In this document: piece by piece, positions 55,421 to 63,772 of the stretch
Numbering within the stretch: position 1 is the first letter of the stretch
How the letters are laid out: each line of letters opens with the position of its first letter
Assembly: GCA_963769425.1 (NCBI GenBank)
Contig: CAVYLP010000004.1
Coordinates: 352,494 to 416,493, forward strand
Length of the DNA stretch: 64,000 nucleotides
Direction of reading: 5' to 3'
Source of the DNA: Candidatus Bathyarchaeota archaeon
Lineage (GTDB): Archaea > Thermoproteota > Bathyarchaeia > TCS64
Made by a program: the position numbers and the translations under genes
Notes under the pieces: model-generated
Database searches by the model: none
Told to the model about the DNA's origin: nothing
Seen by the model: only the letters and a program-made list of their open reading frames with translations

Positions 55421-56413
55421 TTGAGAGTCACTCTTCTGAGCATGGGGGAAGTCTCCGATCTTGACAGGATCCTCTTCTGGTCCTCGTACCTTACAGCCGA
55501 GGAGAAGATGCACTTCGATGTTATGAACGTCGATTTCATGAGTGATTATTTCTGGGCCCCCGAGTTCAGGGACTTCGTGGAGAGGTTGACTGTGGACGCT
55601 CCGAGTCTCATCTTCCTCGTTGGGCTCCAGGGATCAGGTAAAACGAGCGCCCTTAGGGCGATTGAGGATTACCTCTCCGGGAAAGCAGAGGCTTATTACT
55701 GGAGATGGCACCGTGAGCTACCGCAGCCCTGGGAGGAGATCAAACACCGTCGGTTCTTCCTTGTGGACCTCCCCGATTACAGGACGGGATCCAGCAGCAG
55801 GATGGCCAGGGACCTGGACGGGATCGATAAACTCTGGTACGATATGCGGTACGGTGAGGATTATGGTAAGAAGCACCTCATCGTGGCGGTTCAGAAGGAG
55901 ATGTTCAGGGGCCACTATCTGTTTGGTAAGGGACAGGTATTCTGGTTGAGGCCGCTTAGATCGGATGAGCTCTTGACTTTCTACTGGAGGAGGTTTGGCT
56001 CGGGTTATCCGTTTAGCAGGGATTCTCTGACTTTGGTTGCGGTGCTGAGTCGCGGGGTCTTCAGGCGATTCATACGTTACATTCGCCTCTGCTTGCAGGA
56101 TATGAAGGGCAGTGGAGTTGAGTCGGTGAACGTGGATGATGTGAGGAGGGTGATCAGCCTCGACGTCGTCGCGGGGGACATGGACCTGGAGCTGTCGGGT
56201 CTGCTGCGGGGAGCGGAGAAGGGGTACGCCGTTGCGGTGATCTCGGCGCTGATGAGGGTGGGGGAGATGAATCAGAAGGACCTCTCGCTTCGCCTCGGCG
56301 TGTCGGAGACGATTATGAGTCGGCTCTTGGGTAAGCTGGAGGGTCTAGGATACGTTAAGAGGGTGCATGGGGATAGGAAGGAGCTCAGGGTCTCGCTTAG
56401 TAACGTCACATAG
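55421..56413 (+). CDS. AAA+/P-loop ATPase with C-terminal MarR/ArsR-like wHTH (minimal Orc1/Cdc6-like architecture)
   Basis: 330 aa with Walker A GLQGSGKTS, Walker B-like FFLVDLPD and a lid-like LRPLRSDELLTFYWRRFG. The C-terminal wHTH reads NQKDLSLRLGVSETIMSRLLGKLEGLGYVKRV. Confidence 0.7.
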   Translation: MRVTLLSMGEVSDLDRILFWSSYLTAEEKMHFDVMNVDFMSDYFWAPEFRDFVERLTVDAPSLIFLVGLQGSGKTSALRAIEDYLSGKAEAYYWRWHRELPQPWEEIKHRRFFLVDLPDYRTGSSSRMARDLDGIDKLWYDMRYGEDYGKKHLIVAVQKEMFRGHYLFGKGQVFWLRPLRSDELLTFYWRRFGSGYPFSRDSLTLVAVLSRGVFRRFIRYIRLCLQDMKGSGVESVNVDDVRRVISLDVVAGDMDLELSGLLRGAEKGYAVAVISALMRVGEMNQKDLSLRLGVSETIMSRLLGKLEGLGYVKRVHGDRKELRVSLSNVT

Positions 56414-56648
56414 AGCCTATTATTGAAAAATGTGTGTTTAATCGGGTTTATAACATCTTGTTATGAATTATCTTTTGAGTTCGCGTGCGCGACATCGATT
56501 GCTTCGGTGAAGTCGTTTAGCATTGCTGTTCTTTTCTTCCATTTGGGGCTTATGGTTTAATTATCAATGACTTTTAGTCGTTGGTGGCTTAAGCGAGTTC
56601 ATTCAATGTCTTTTCGGGGGCTCATCTTGAGTCTTCCTGGTTCGGAGG

Positions 56649-56995
56649 TTAATCAATTAGGGTGCGGGGTTCTACCCTCTTGAGTCCGGGTATCCTGTCG
56701 AAGACGTGATCCGTGGATATGATGGTGTGGTCCTCCACTTGGTTGAGTGTAGTTGCGGCGTGGAAGGCGTCGAATATGGAGCTTAAGCCATTCTGTCTCA
56801 TCAGGGTCAGTGCTAGGAGGTCGGTCTCTGAGGTCGTCGGGAGGAACTTCAGGTTGGCTATGGATGTTAGTGCCGCGGCTCGTGCTATGTACTCGTCTAG
56901 TGTGACCCCCTCCTTCATAGGACATAGTAGAGTTCGTGGAGGACTTCGCGCGACGCCGCGACTTCTTCCAGCTCGCCCTCCTTGATCCTCCAGAT
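56649..56995 (-). pseudogene. vapC: 5'-truncated, frameshifted PIN-domain gene
   Basis: One frame reads EPIWRIKEGELEEVAASREVLHELYYVL-stop. The next frame continues MKEGVTLDEYIA...FDAFHAATTL...IISTDHVFDRIPGL. The N-terminal strand with the first catalytic Asp is missing. The upstream frame is closed by a TAG inside the repeat element. Confidence 0.6.
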
Positions 56996-57240
56996 GGGTT
57001 CCTAGTAGGATAGGATAACAATTTTCCACGCACCTGTGCCCGTTGGGATGGTGGAGCATTCACCTTGCCATGGACCGATTCCTAGTAGAGTGGAATCACA
57101 AGGCGATCTGCAATAACCCTGATACCTGCCACTTGGAATCAGATTCCTACTAGTGTGGTATAGCACACTAGCTGGCTGGGCGTATGTGCCTCGCTAGTAG
57201 GGATAAGGAAAAACACCACTTTTTGCACCTGCCACTAGGT
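56996..57240. repeat. Second copy of the hairpin-repeat module (homologous to about 43550-43712)
   Basis: Shares gcacctgtg, gattccTAGTAG(G/A)gtggaa and gataccTGCCACT(A/T)GGaatc.gattccTA(G/C)TAG(G/T)gtggtat with the first locus. It also has an identical 23-mer cactttttgcacctgccactagg (57217-57239 versus 43689-43711). Confidence 0.8.
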
Positions 57241-57452
57241 ATAGTTGTTTCGGAGGAGGCTCTAAGGTGAAGGTCTACCAGATCCCCGAGGCATCATCCG
57301 GGCGGGTTGCTTTGACTGTTGAGTTGTAGAGAAGGCTCAAGAATTCGAAGTATAGGCAGGTTATTCGTACTAAGATGCTATTAATTCAAGTAAATCGAAT
57401 CCACCTTGATCACTATGAGTTACCATTCAACGAGTTGGTGGTAGTTTATTCG

Positions 57453-57992
57453 TTAACGCCTCCTGATCTCCACCAACAGAGGATACACGCCGTATCTTTT
57501 TGCCCTCAACTCGAGGTAATCTTGGTCAAGCTTCGAAGCCATTCTGACCAGAACACTCTTAACATCCAGTTCGTCCTGCTCCATCCTATCTGGCCGAGTG
57601 AGTTTGGAGACTATGAAGTCCTCCGGAGATATAACCCAAAAAGCATTGTCACCGACAGTAAAACGCCTTCGTCTACGAAGCGTCTCCCCGTCCCAAACCA
57701 CACCGTCGGGGCGGATCCAGAGCTCAACCTCTAACTCCGTTTTTTCATCCACGAAGACGCAGACGGGATTCACATATTTGCAGAGAGTTGGACGAAACCC
57801 GAACACCCTTGAGGAAGTTAGTAGTTGATCGAACGCCTCCTCAGATGGAACGTTGACGGCGACATCGACGTCGAGGGTGGACCTGATCCTGCCATAGAAC
57901 GGGAGGGCAAAGCCGCCGAGTACCATATAGTCTAGGCCCTCTCCATCTAGAAATGCGACGAGGTTACTCAGTGCCTCGAGCAGCACGGACAT
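57453..57992 (-). CDS. Nucleotidyltransferase-fold protein (AbiEii/MNT-like toxin candidate)
   Basis: 179 aa with the NTase motif LGGFALPFYGRIRSTLDVDVAV. Overlaps the upstream wHTH gene by 29 nt. Confidence 0.7.
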   Translation of the reverse strand: MSVLLEALSNLVAFLDGEGLDYMVLGGFALPFYGRIRSTLDVDVAVNVPSEEAFDQLLTSSRVFGFRPTLCKYVNPVCVFVDEKTELEVELWIRPDGVVWDGETLRRRRRFTVGDNAFWVISPEDFIVSKLTRPDRMEQDELDVKSVLVRMASKLDQDYLELRAKRYGVYPLLVEIRRR

Positions 57993-58353
57993 AATCGTTC
58001 AACTCCAAGAAGAGGAGAAAAGGATCACGCCCATTCTCCACTAACCTGAGGACGTACTCAGCTTCAAATGATGCATGGTTGAAGCCCGTACCCTTCACCC
58101 TTAGTGGTAACACGTCTAGGCGAGATACGATTCGAAGGTACTCTCTCCCTAACTCAGTGGCGGAGATAACTGATCTGGGCCTGCCCTTTGAAACACTCTT
58201 CTCTATTTTTCGCTCCAGGAGGCCGCTTTCCTCCATGTCGACGATCGATTCCAAGATGACCTTACTCCGCTTCCTCACTGTGGCCACGATCTCGGATACC
58301 GTCTTCGGAGTCTCTACGGCTTGAAGTATGTCCCTCGAAATATCGACATACAT
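57964..58353 (-). CDS. wHTH protein (AbiEi-like antitoxin/regulator candidate)
   Basis: 129 aa. KTVSEIVATVRKRSKVILESIVDMEESGLLERK is a winged-helix pattern. Confidence 0.6.
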   Translation of the reverse strand: MYVDISRDILQAVETPKTVSEIVATVRKRSKVILESIVDMEESGLLERKIEKSVSKGRPRSVISATELGREYLRIVSRLDVLPLRVKGTGFNHASFEAEYVLRLVENGRDPFLLFLELNDYVRAARGTE

Positions 58354-58998
58354 TATATTTCCCTAGGGAAATATAATGTTAAGTAGTTTTTAAGCCTTCC
58401 CAAGTCATCATATGGAAACACTTCGTACCAGGCATCTACCAGGGGTGCATGAACATGACATACTTCTCATTCACACCAAATATACTGCAGGCCAGGAAGT
58501 TGAAGGACGTGATAGTATTCATCTATGACACTTTCAGGTTCGAAATCTGGCTGGCGGGGCACAATAGCGTCGAAGACAAGTACTGGGCGCTGTTCAGGGA
58601 AAGCGGCTGGGATAAGTACTGGGTCGTACAATTTCCATCTCTTTAATCCAATATTATTGATCTCCTCTTGATAGCGGTCAGGGGTTTCCCACTCTAGGCC
58701 TTCTCTCTCGATGTAGAGAAGAGCCTTGGCCGATGCGCGCGCAGTAGTTTGCAGGTTGCGAGTGGTTGGGGGTAGGTGAATGTGCCCCGTATATTGTATG
58801 CATAAATATGCGGTGCGCGTGTCCCCATGTGCAGGGTATAGCCTTATGCTCACTTCCACCTGATACTAATCCATACTTTTATAATTGAGTTTTCTGTGCA
58901 ACTCAGCGATAGAAAGATGCATGTGTGCATGGTTTATTAGCCATAAAATTTGCGCATTACTTGCTTTGCAGGTAATCTACTCCTAAGGAGTAGGAAGG

Positions 58999-59073
58999 TG
59001 GAGCCGGGCGAAGGATTTGAACCTCCGTGCACTGCTTTGCAGGCAGTTGCCTAATCCACTCAGCCAACCCGGC
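58999..59073 (-). tRNA. tRNA-Cys: tRNA-Cys (anticodon GCA) with genomically encoded CCA
   Basis: Manual cloverleaf. Acceptor GCCGGGT/GCCCGGC; D-arm GCTG-AGTGGATT-AGGC; anticodon arm ACTGC-CTGCAAA-GCAGT; variable loop GCAC; T-arm GGAGG-TTCAAAT-CCTTC; discriminator U, then CCA. Confidence 0.92.
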
Positions 59074-59137
59074 GCAGATGTGGGATACTTCTCTCGATTA
59101 TATCTTATTTAGGAACTTTAGATCAGAACAAAAAGTC

Positions 59138-59797
59138 TTAATCGAACTTATGCACTCGCATGCGCCCAATTAATGCTTTGCCGAGGGAGTACGCGAACAG
59201 CAGCACAAGCACCGTGTGCCCAACCGTGATCACCACGAGGGGTAAGGCATTCGAGCCAAGCGAGATATTCGATAAACCCCTACGAAGCACAAACATCCTT
59301 GAAGCCGCTATCAACAAAGAGCCGGTCAGGAACACAAGCGGAGCAACCATCCCGATGTTCTCGCTGCTACCCCCGACGAGTCTCCTCAAGTCACCGCTTC
59401 TCCACATCAAAACAACCATAAGAACCAGAAGACCCGCCTCTAATACCGCATCCACGCCCGAACTCATCCCGAAGCGCAGACCGTAGGTGACCTTACTTAG
59501 AGGGAAAAAGATTGACTCACCCTCAATCATCATATCCGCCGCAACATGTGAAAGCAGAGCAACCACGTAGGGGAAAGCCTGCCTTCTCCAATACACCAGG
59601 ATAACCGCTATCGGGACGAGGAAGATAAGAGAGTGGGTGTATGTGCCGTGAGCGATGCCTGCTCTGGCGAAGAACTCGTCGAAATCAGGTATGACTGAGA
59701 CTAGGAACACGGCCCATAACACAAGGCTCTGCCTTCTACGCCCCGCCGACAATCTGGCTAGAGAATAGCCGATCGCCATGTGTCCCAGCAGATACAC
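59138..59797 (-). CDS. Membrane-bound metal-dependent hydrolase (DUF457/YdjM-like)
   Basis: 219 aa with MYLLGHMAIGY, PDFDEF and HGTYTHSL motifs. Multi-TM. Confidence 0.7.
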   Translation of the reverse strand: MYLLGHMAIGYSLARLSAGRRRQSLVLWAVFLVSVIPDFDEFFARAGIAHGTYTHSLIFLVPIAVILVYWRRQAFPYVVALLSHVAADMMIEGESIFFPLSKVTYGLRFGMSSGVDAVLEAGLLVLMVVLMWRSGDLRRLVGGSSENIGMVAPLVFLTGSLLIAASRMFVLRRGLSNISLGSNALPLVVITVGHTVLVLLFAYSLGKALIGRMRVHKFD

Positions 59798-59851
59798 GGT
59801 GGACCTAAAACATGAACCCTGATAAGAAGTGTCCGTATCAAGCGCTCACAC

Positions 59852-60122
59852 GTGGAGGGTGATCAGCCTCGACGTCATCATGGTGGACATGGATCTTGAG
59901 CTGTCGGGTTTCCTGAGGGGATCGGAGAAGGGTTATGCTGTCGCCGTGATCTCGGCGCTGATGGGGTAGGGTGAGATGAATCAGAAGGACCTCGCGAATC
60001 GCCTCGGCGTCTCTGAGACTATTATGAGTCGACTGATGGGTAAGATGGAGGGAATAGGCTATGTCAGGAGGGTGCGCGGGGACCGGAAGGAATTACGGGT
60101 CTCGCTGGTTAATGATACCTAG
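59852..60122 (+). pseudogene. Fragment paralogous to the wHTH C-terminus of ORF 55421..56413
   Basis: Aligns to 56143-56413 at roughly 80% nt identity by eye (RVISLDV...GEMNQKDLANRLGVSETIMSRLMGKMEGIGYVRRV). It has an in-frame TAG at 59967-59969 where the full copy has GTG. No N-terminal ATPase part is present. Confidence 0.75.
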
Positions 60123-60445
60123 GCGCGCGCGACCCGTTGGAGAGCCGATGACTATCAGAACGAAGGGGATTAGTAGGAAAGCGTTGTGTAGCATCGCCCG
60201 GTTTAATGTATAGAACACCTCGAGGTGGTCGACAGTTTGCACCTGCGTCAGCGGTGTCAGGGTGTGATGATCCAGTTGATGTATTTTCGGTTGTAGAACG
60301 CGAGGAGCGCGATCCCGGGTACGATCAGGTGCAGCAGGAGGTCAGCTAAGGTTTTTCACCGAAGGTAGCCGGTGAGGAATTCTAGAATGTTAAGTTAAAG
60401 GAATTAGGGTAATCTGTTATGATCTAAATTAGGATTAATCTTATT

Positions 60446-61197
60446 TTATTTAATCACTTCGATGAAGTCGTTTAACATTGTTGTCCTTCTCTTCCATTCA
60501 TTAATTGTTTGAAATTCTTGCCTCCAATTCTCTAGTCCTTGCTGCTTGATTTCCTCTTGATAGCGGTCAGGTGTTTCCCACTCTAGGCCTTCTCTCTCGA
60601 TATAGTGGGGAGTCTTAGCCGATGACCAGAGTTTCATTGGCCACTGTGTGTAGAAGCCGAACTCGTTAACATGTTTCTGTTTTAGGATCATTGTCGCCAG
60701 TTGTGGTGTCATTATCCACGTTATTCCGAGGACGTCGAGGGTGTTTTTGAAGCCGAGGGCCTTCGATGAGACTAAGTTTCCTATTCCCTCAGTTAGCCTC
60801 TGTGTCTCAGGGTGCGTGTCGAAGGCTCGCTTCGTCCTCCCGATGAGTGTGAAGTCGTTTTCATGAGGCGTTTCGGTTATCTGCTTGAGTTCATCCGGGT
60901 AGCTCCTCATCCAATGGAGGGCTCGGTCTAGGTCGCAGTAGAATAATGTTTCTAAATCAGGAACTAGGGCCCTCTTCAAGGCTGTTTGATAGGTGTTGAT
61001 TACTGTGTTCCCTGCTTTGGAGACCTTGTATCCTTTCTTTACGAGGAGTCTGATGGTGTCGGGATTGGTCCTCGTGGTATAGGCTATGTCGCCGATTCAA
61101 ACAGATCTCTTATTGGGTCACCGACTTCCTCGATTAGGTATCCTAGTCGGTTCTCTGGGTCGTGGATGGTCGAGGTGAAGGCTAGAATAAGCGTCAC
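60446..61197 (-). pseudogene. Frameshifted hypothetical gene (family with FTSTIHDPENRLGY N-terminus)
   Basis: The tracked ORF 60446..60979 continues upstream in frame (IGDIAYTTRTNPDTIRLLVKKGYKV...) to a TGA. A second frame (GTG 61197: TLILAFTSTIHDPENRLGYLIEEVGDPIRDLFE) abuts it near 61095. Confidence 0.5.
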
Positions 61198-61320
61198 TTC
61201 CTTAGAGTTACCTTGAATGAGTCTCCCATTGTTACTATGGCTTTTCGGATGTGAAGTTATTGTCGAACAGCATTACGGATCGTGTAATTTGTCTTGAGGA
61301 ATTATTACGTTTAATAGAGT

Positions 61321-61704
61321 TCATTTCGTCTCTATTCGTAGGTCTGGGCCCTCTATCTCTAAAAGTGTATTACCTTGAATACCAGCTTCTCTGAGGGAAT
61401 GCGCCTTCTCGATGCCCCTCAGGTATCTGACGGTGAGGCTCTCCCTGTTTATCCTGTACAACTTGGCTCTCCCGATTTTACGGGACACGACTACTATGCC
61501 CTCTTCCTCGAGCTTGGGTAGAACCCTGTAGAGGGTCCTCTTGTTCATCCCCAGATCTTCGATGATCTCTCTTTTCGTGAAGTCGAACAGAGGGTTGTCC
61601 ATGAAGAAGTCGATCAGCCTGATCTCGGGGGTCTCCCCGAAGAGCTCTAATAGTATTGATTTACCTTCTGTCGTCATCTCGCTCTTGGCTTGTATTCGAC
61701 TCAC
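61321..61704 (-). CDS. wHTH transcriptional regulator
   Basis: 127 aa. FTKREIIEDLGMNKRTLYRVLPKLEEEGIVVVSRKIGRAKLYRIN is a winged-helix pattern. Confidence 0.7.
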   Translation of the reverse strand: MSRIQAKSEMTTEGKSILLELFGETPEIRLIDFFMDNPLFDFTKREIIEDLGMNKRTLYRVLPKLEEEGIVVVSRKIGRAKLYRINRESLTVRYLRGIEKAHSLREAGIQGNTLLEIEGPDLRIETK

Positions 61705-61769
61705 CTAATCCCTGTGTTTCCGTAAAAGGATATAAAGGTGTCCCATTCAATGGTGTATCAGGTGCCCCT

Positions 61770-62048
61770 ATGCCCGTTCACGAGGTGACCGATGATGAGA
61801 TTAAGGCGGATATCCTCAACAGGTTGGCGAGGCGGAGATGTTGGGGTTAGAGATACGCTCAGACCCAGAAGATCACGGGCTCCCTAGGGAAGCGGATTAA
61901 AAGAGACGGCGTAAGGGTAACTAAAATCGTTGGAGAACTCGTTGACGCTGGTTTTACTCTCATCCATAAGAGAGGTAGAACCATTTCACTTAACCCACAT
62001 AGATCACGGGAGATAAGTGAGTTCATCGAGAGGCATCTCGGGTTTTAA
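61770..62048 (+). pseudogene. Small ORF interrupted by an in-frame TAG
   Basis: 93 codons in one frame: MPVHEVTDDEIKADILNRLARRRCWG-TAG(61848-61850)-RYAQTQKITGSLGKRIK...EFIERHLGF. Confidence 0.4.
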
Positions 62049-62290
62049 GCGTCAACAGACCTACCCTTCGATTGGGTATCCGAGTCTGTTCTCTGGGTCA
62101 TGGATGGTCGAGGTGAAGTCTAGGATCTTGATCGCCTCGGTTCCGAACTATAGTGTCACTCTCGAAGCATCTCCGAGGATGAGCTTGTGGTCCTTCGGAA
62201 CTGTGAGGCTGGAGTCGGTTATCTCCACGTTCACACCTACTTGATAGACGTGTTACGCTCAAATAAGGGCGAAAGGCTGTTACACAAGCT

Positions 62291-62553
62291 TCACTTATAG
62301 GCCGATGATCTCGTCGGAACCACCAGGATATTGATCTCCTCGCCCTGAAGGTTTCTAAATCCTATATTACTCTGAGGTCGCCTATTCTCACCCTGTATGA
62401 GGAGTCCTTCTCCTCCATCTTTATGATGTCATATGTAGAGGGAATTGGATCCGATTGAAAGGTGACGAAGAGCTATTTTATCCGCTTGATGTACTGCGGG
62501 TCTATGCTTCTCAGCTGTTTCCTGGCCCTCACCGAGACGTAGACTCGGAACAT
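62291..62553 (-). pseudogene. relE: Decayed RelE/ParE-type toxin gene
   Basis: The sequence reads MFRVYVSVRARKQLRSIDPQYIKRIK-TAG-LFVTFQSDPIPSTYDIIKMEEKDSSYRVRIGDLRVI-TAG-... A frameshift then leads into EEINILVVPTRSSAYK-stop. There are two in-frame stops plus one frameshift. Confidence 0.55.
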
Positions 62554-62558
62554 TCTCC

Positions 62559-62720
62559 TCAACCCACCTCTATCAAGATTTCATCGAGGGGGATTCTTCG
62601 GCCCTCTGATATCTCTGCCCTAGCTTTCTCTACCTCAGCTTCCTCCTCCGGAGTCGGCTTTTCCTCGGGCAAAAGCATCACCCTGATGCGGATGAGCTCC
62701 CTCTCTATCTCATCCAGCTT
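62559..62720 (-). pseudogene. Antitoxin-like 3' fragment upstream of the relE remnant
   Basis: The open frame reads KLDEIERELIRIRVMLLPEEKPTPEEEAEVEKARAEISEGRRIPLDEILIEVG and ends 6 nt before the relE ATG. There is no start codon apart from the internal ATG at 62678. Confidence 0.35.
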
Positions 62721-62770
62721 CTAACCTTCACGAGAGGCGGCGGGAGCTCCTTCAGCTTCGGAGCTACGGC

Positions 62771-63094
62771 GTGCACCTGAGCGTAGCCGTGAAGCAGTTG
62801 GCTGAGGAGCACGGCGTCTCGCCGAGTGCCGTCTACGAGGACTGGTCGTGGAGGGGTGAGTGGGCCGGGGCCTTTGTCGACCTGAGGGGCTCCGGGACGA
62901 TGCTCATCGACCTCGTCACGCGGCACGAGGAGCTGTACAGCCGAGCCTTCAACGCCTACGCTCGGGCGGATAACAGCAGCGCGAGGGTGGGGGCGCTTCG
63001 GCTTCTCCGCGAGCTGATCCATCACCGGGGCCAAAGGCGGCTTGAAGTGAGCTATTATCTAGGAGGTCGCGAGTCTCAGCGATTTCTCGAGTAA
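62771..63094 (+). CDS. Hypothetical HTH-like protein
   Basis: 107 aa with a GTG start. VKQLAEEHGVSPSAVYEDWS looks like an HTH. The antisense ORF 62705..63034 is Pro/Arg-rich and judged spurious. Confidence 0.35.
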   Translation: MHLSVAVKQLAEEHGVSPSAVYEDWSWRGEWAGAFVDLRGSGTMLIDLVTRHEELYSRAFNAYARADNSSARVGALRLLRELIHHRGQRRLEVSYYLGGRESQRFLE

Positions 63095-63143
63095 CGAGTT
63101 TAACCCATCGCGATACTTGAATGTGTCGGGTTGAGGACCTGAG

Positions 63144-63543
63144 TTAGTGTGTCTCGGTTTTTAAGTCGTCTATCCTCTCGAAGTGTGAGATGTTTCTCGT
63201 TATCAGAGAATCGGCGCCGTTGACCAACGCTATGGCTGCGATGAGTGAGTCAAATGGATCGAATCCCTATTCCCCTTCTCTCGAGTTCCCCTGATATCCT
63301 GGCGGCTCTCAGCGTCGCCCTGTAGTCTAGGTTGAAGATGTCGAGGCTTTGGAGGACTCGCTCGAGCTCGAGAAGTCTCCTCGGGGGGTCCGATGTGCTT
63401 CTGTAGACGCCGTAGGCCGTCTCATAGACGTTTATGACGGTTGTTGCTGCTCCGCCTTCGGAGTTTAGTTGTTCGGCTTTCTCCATGGTGGGTTTGTCGC
63501 CGCGGAGGAGGGAGATGATGAAGGTTGTGTCAACGAACTTCAA
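63144..63543 (-). pseudogene. vapC: Frameshifted PIN-domain (vapC) gene
   Basis: MKFVDTTFIISLL...ELERRGIGI is followed by a 1-nt frame change near 63266 into GFDPFDSLIAAIALVNGADSLITRNISHFERIDDL, with a stop at 63144-63146. Confidence 0.7.
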
Positions 63544-63772
63544 GGTATTTTTCCCTCAGGGATTGAGTGATCTTTTCTCTGAGTTCGTGGAGTTCGCTGT
63601 TGAATGCCTGGATCTCGTTCCCCGTCATGTCTTCCCAGGCTCCTGCGAATTCGTTGAGGTCGCGTCGTTTGGCTAGGCGTCTTATTGTGTCGGAGAAGCT
63701 CTCGTTCTTTAGCTTCATCTTGGAGAGGAGTTCATAGACGTCGTCGGTTACGGAGATGTTCTTGGACGTCAT
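63530..63772 (-). CDS. vapB: VapB-type antitoxin (same family as 45467..45697)
   Basis: 80 aa. NISVTDDVYELLSKMKLKNESFSDTIRRLAK matches the family. Overlaps the vapC start. Confidence 0.7.
   Translation of the reverse strand: MTSKNISVTDDVYELLSKMKLKNESFSDTIRRLAKRRDLNEFAGAWEDMTGNEIQAFNSELHELREKITQSLREKYLEVR

Noticed and set aside
56653-57063. Full-length 136-aa ORFs in two frames covering the PIN remnant and the start of the repeat module.
   Set aside because: Their N-terminal 45-50 residues are translated from the hairpin-repeat DNA or from a shifted frame. Only the C-terminal about 90 aa (and a frame-shifted middle part) look like PIN.
58999-59073. A direct repeat of the tRNA-Cys 3' or 5' half that would delimit an integrated element.
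   Set aside because: None was spotted by eye anywhere in the window. This needs a computational search, so no mobile element is called.
59967-62553. A cluster of in-frame TAG codons (59967, 61848 and two in the relE remnant) as evidence for pyrrolysine or amber recoding.
   Set aside because: The TAG at 59967 aligns with a GTG (Val) codon in the intact paralog. One relE TAG sits where the family has Tyr. The same genes also carry frameshifts, and no pyl genes are visible. Ordinary decay is more parsimonious.
62705-63034. Minus-strand 109-aa ORF.
   Set aside because: It has Pro/Arg/Val-rich low-complexity translation typical of the antisense frame of a GC-rich gene. The plus-strand ORF 62771..63094 has an HTH-like segment.
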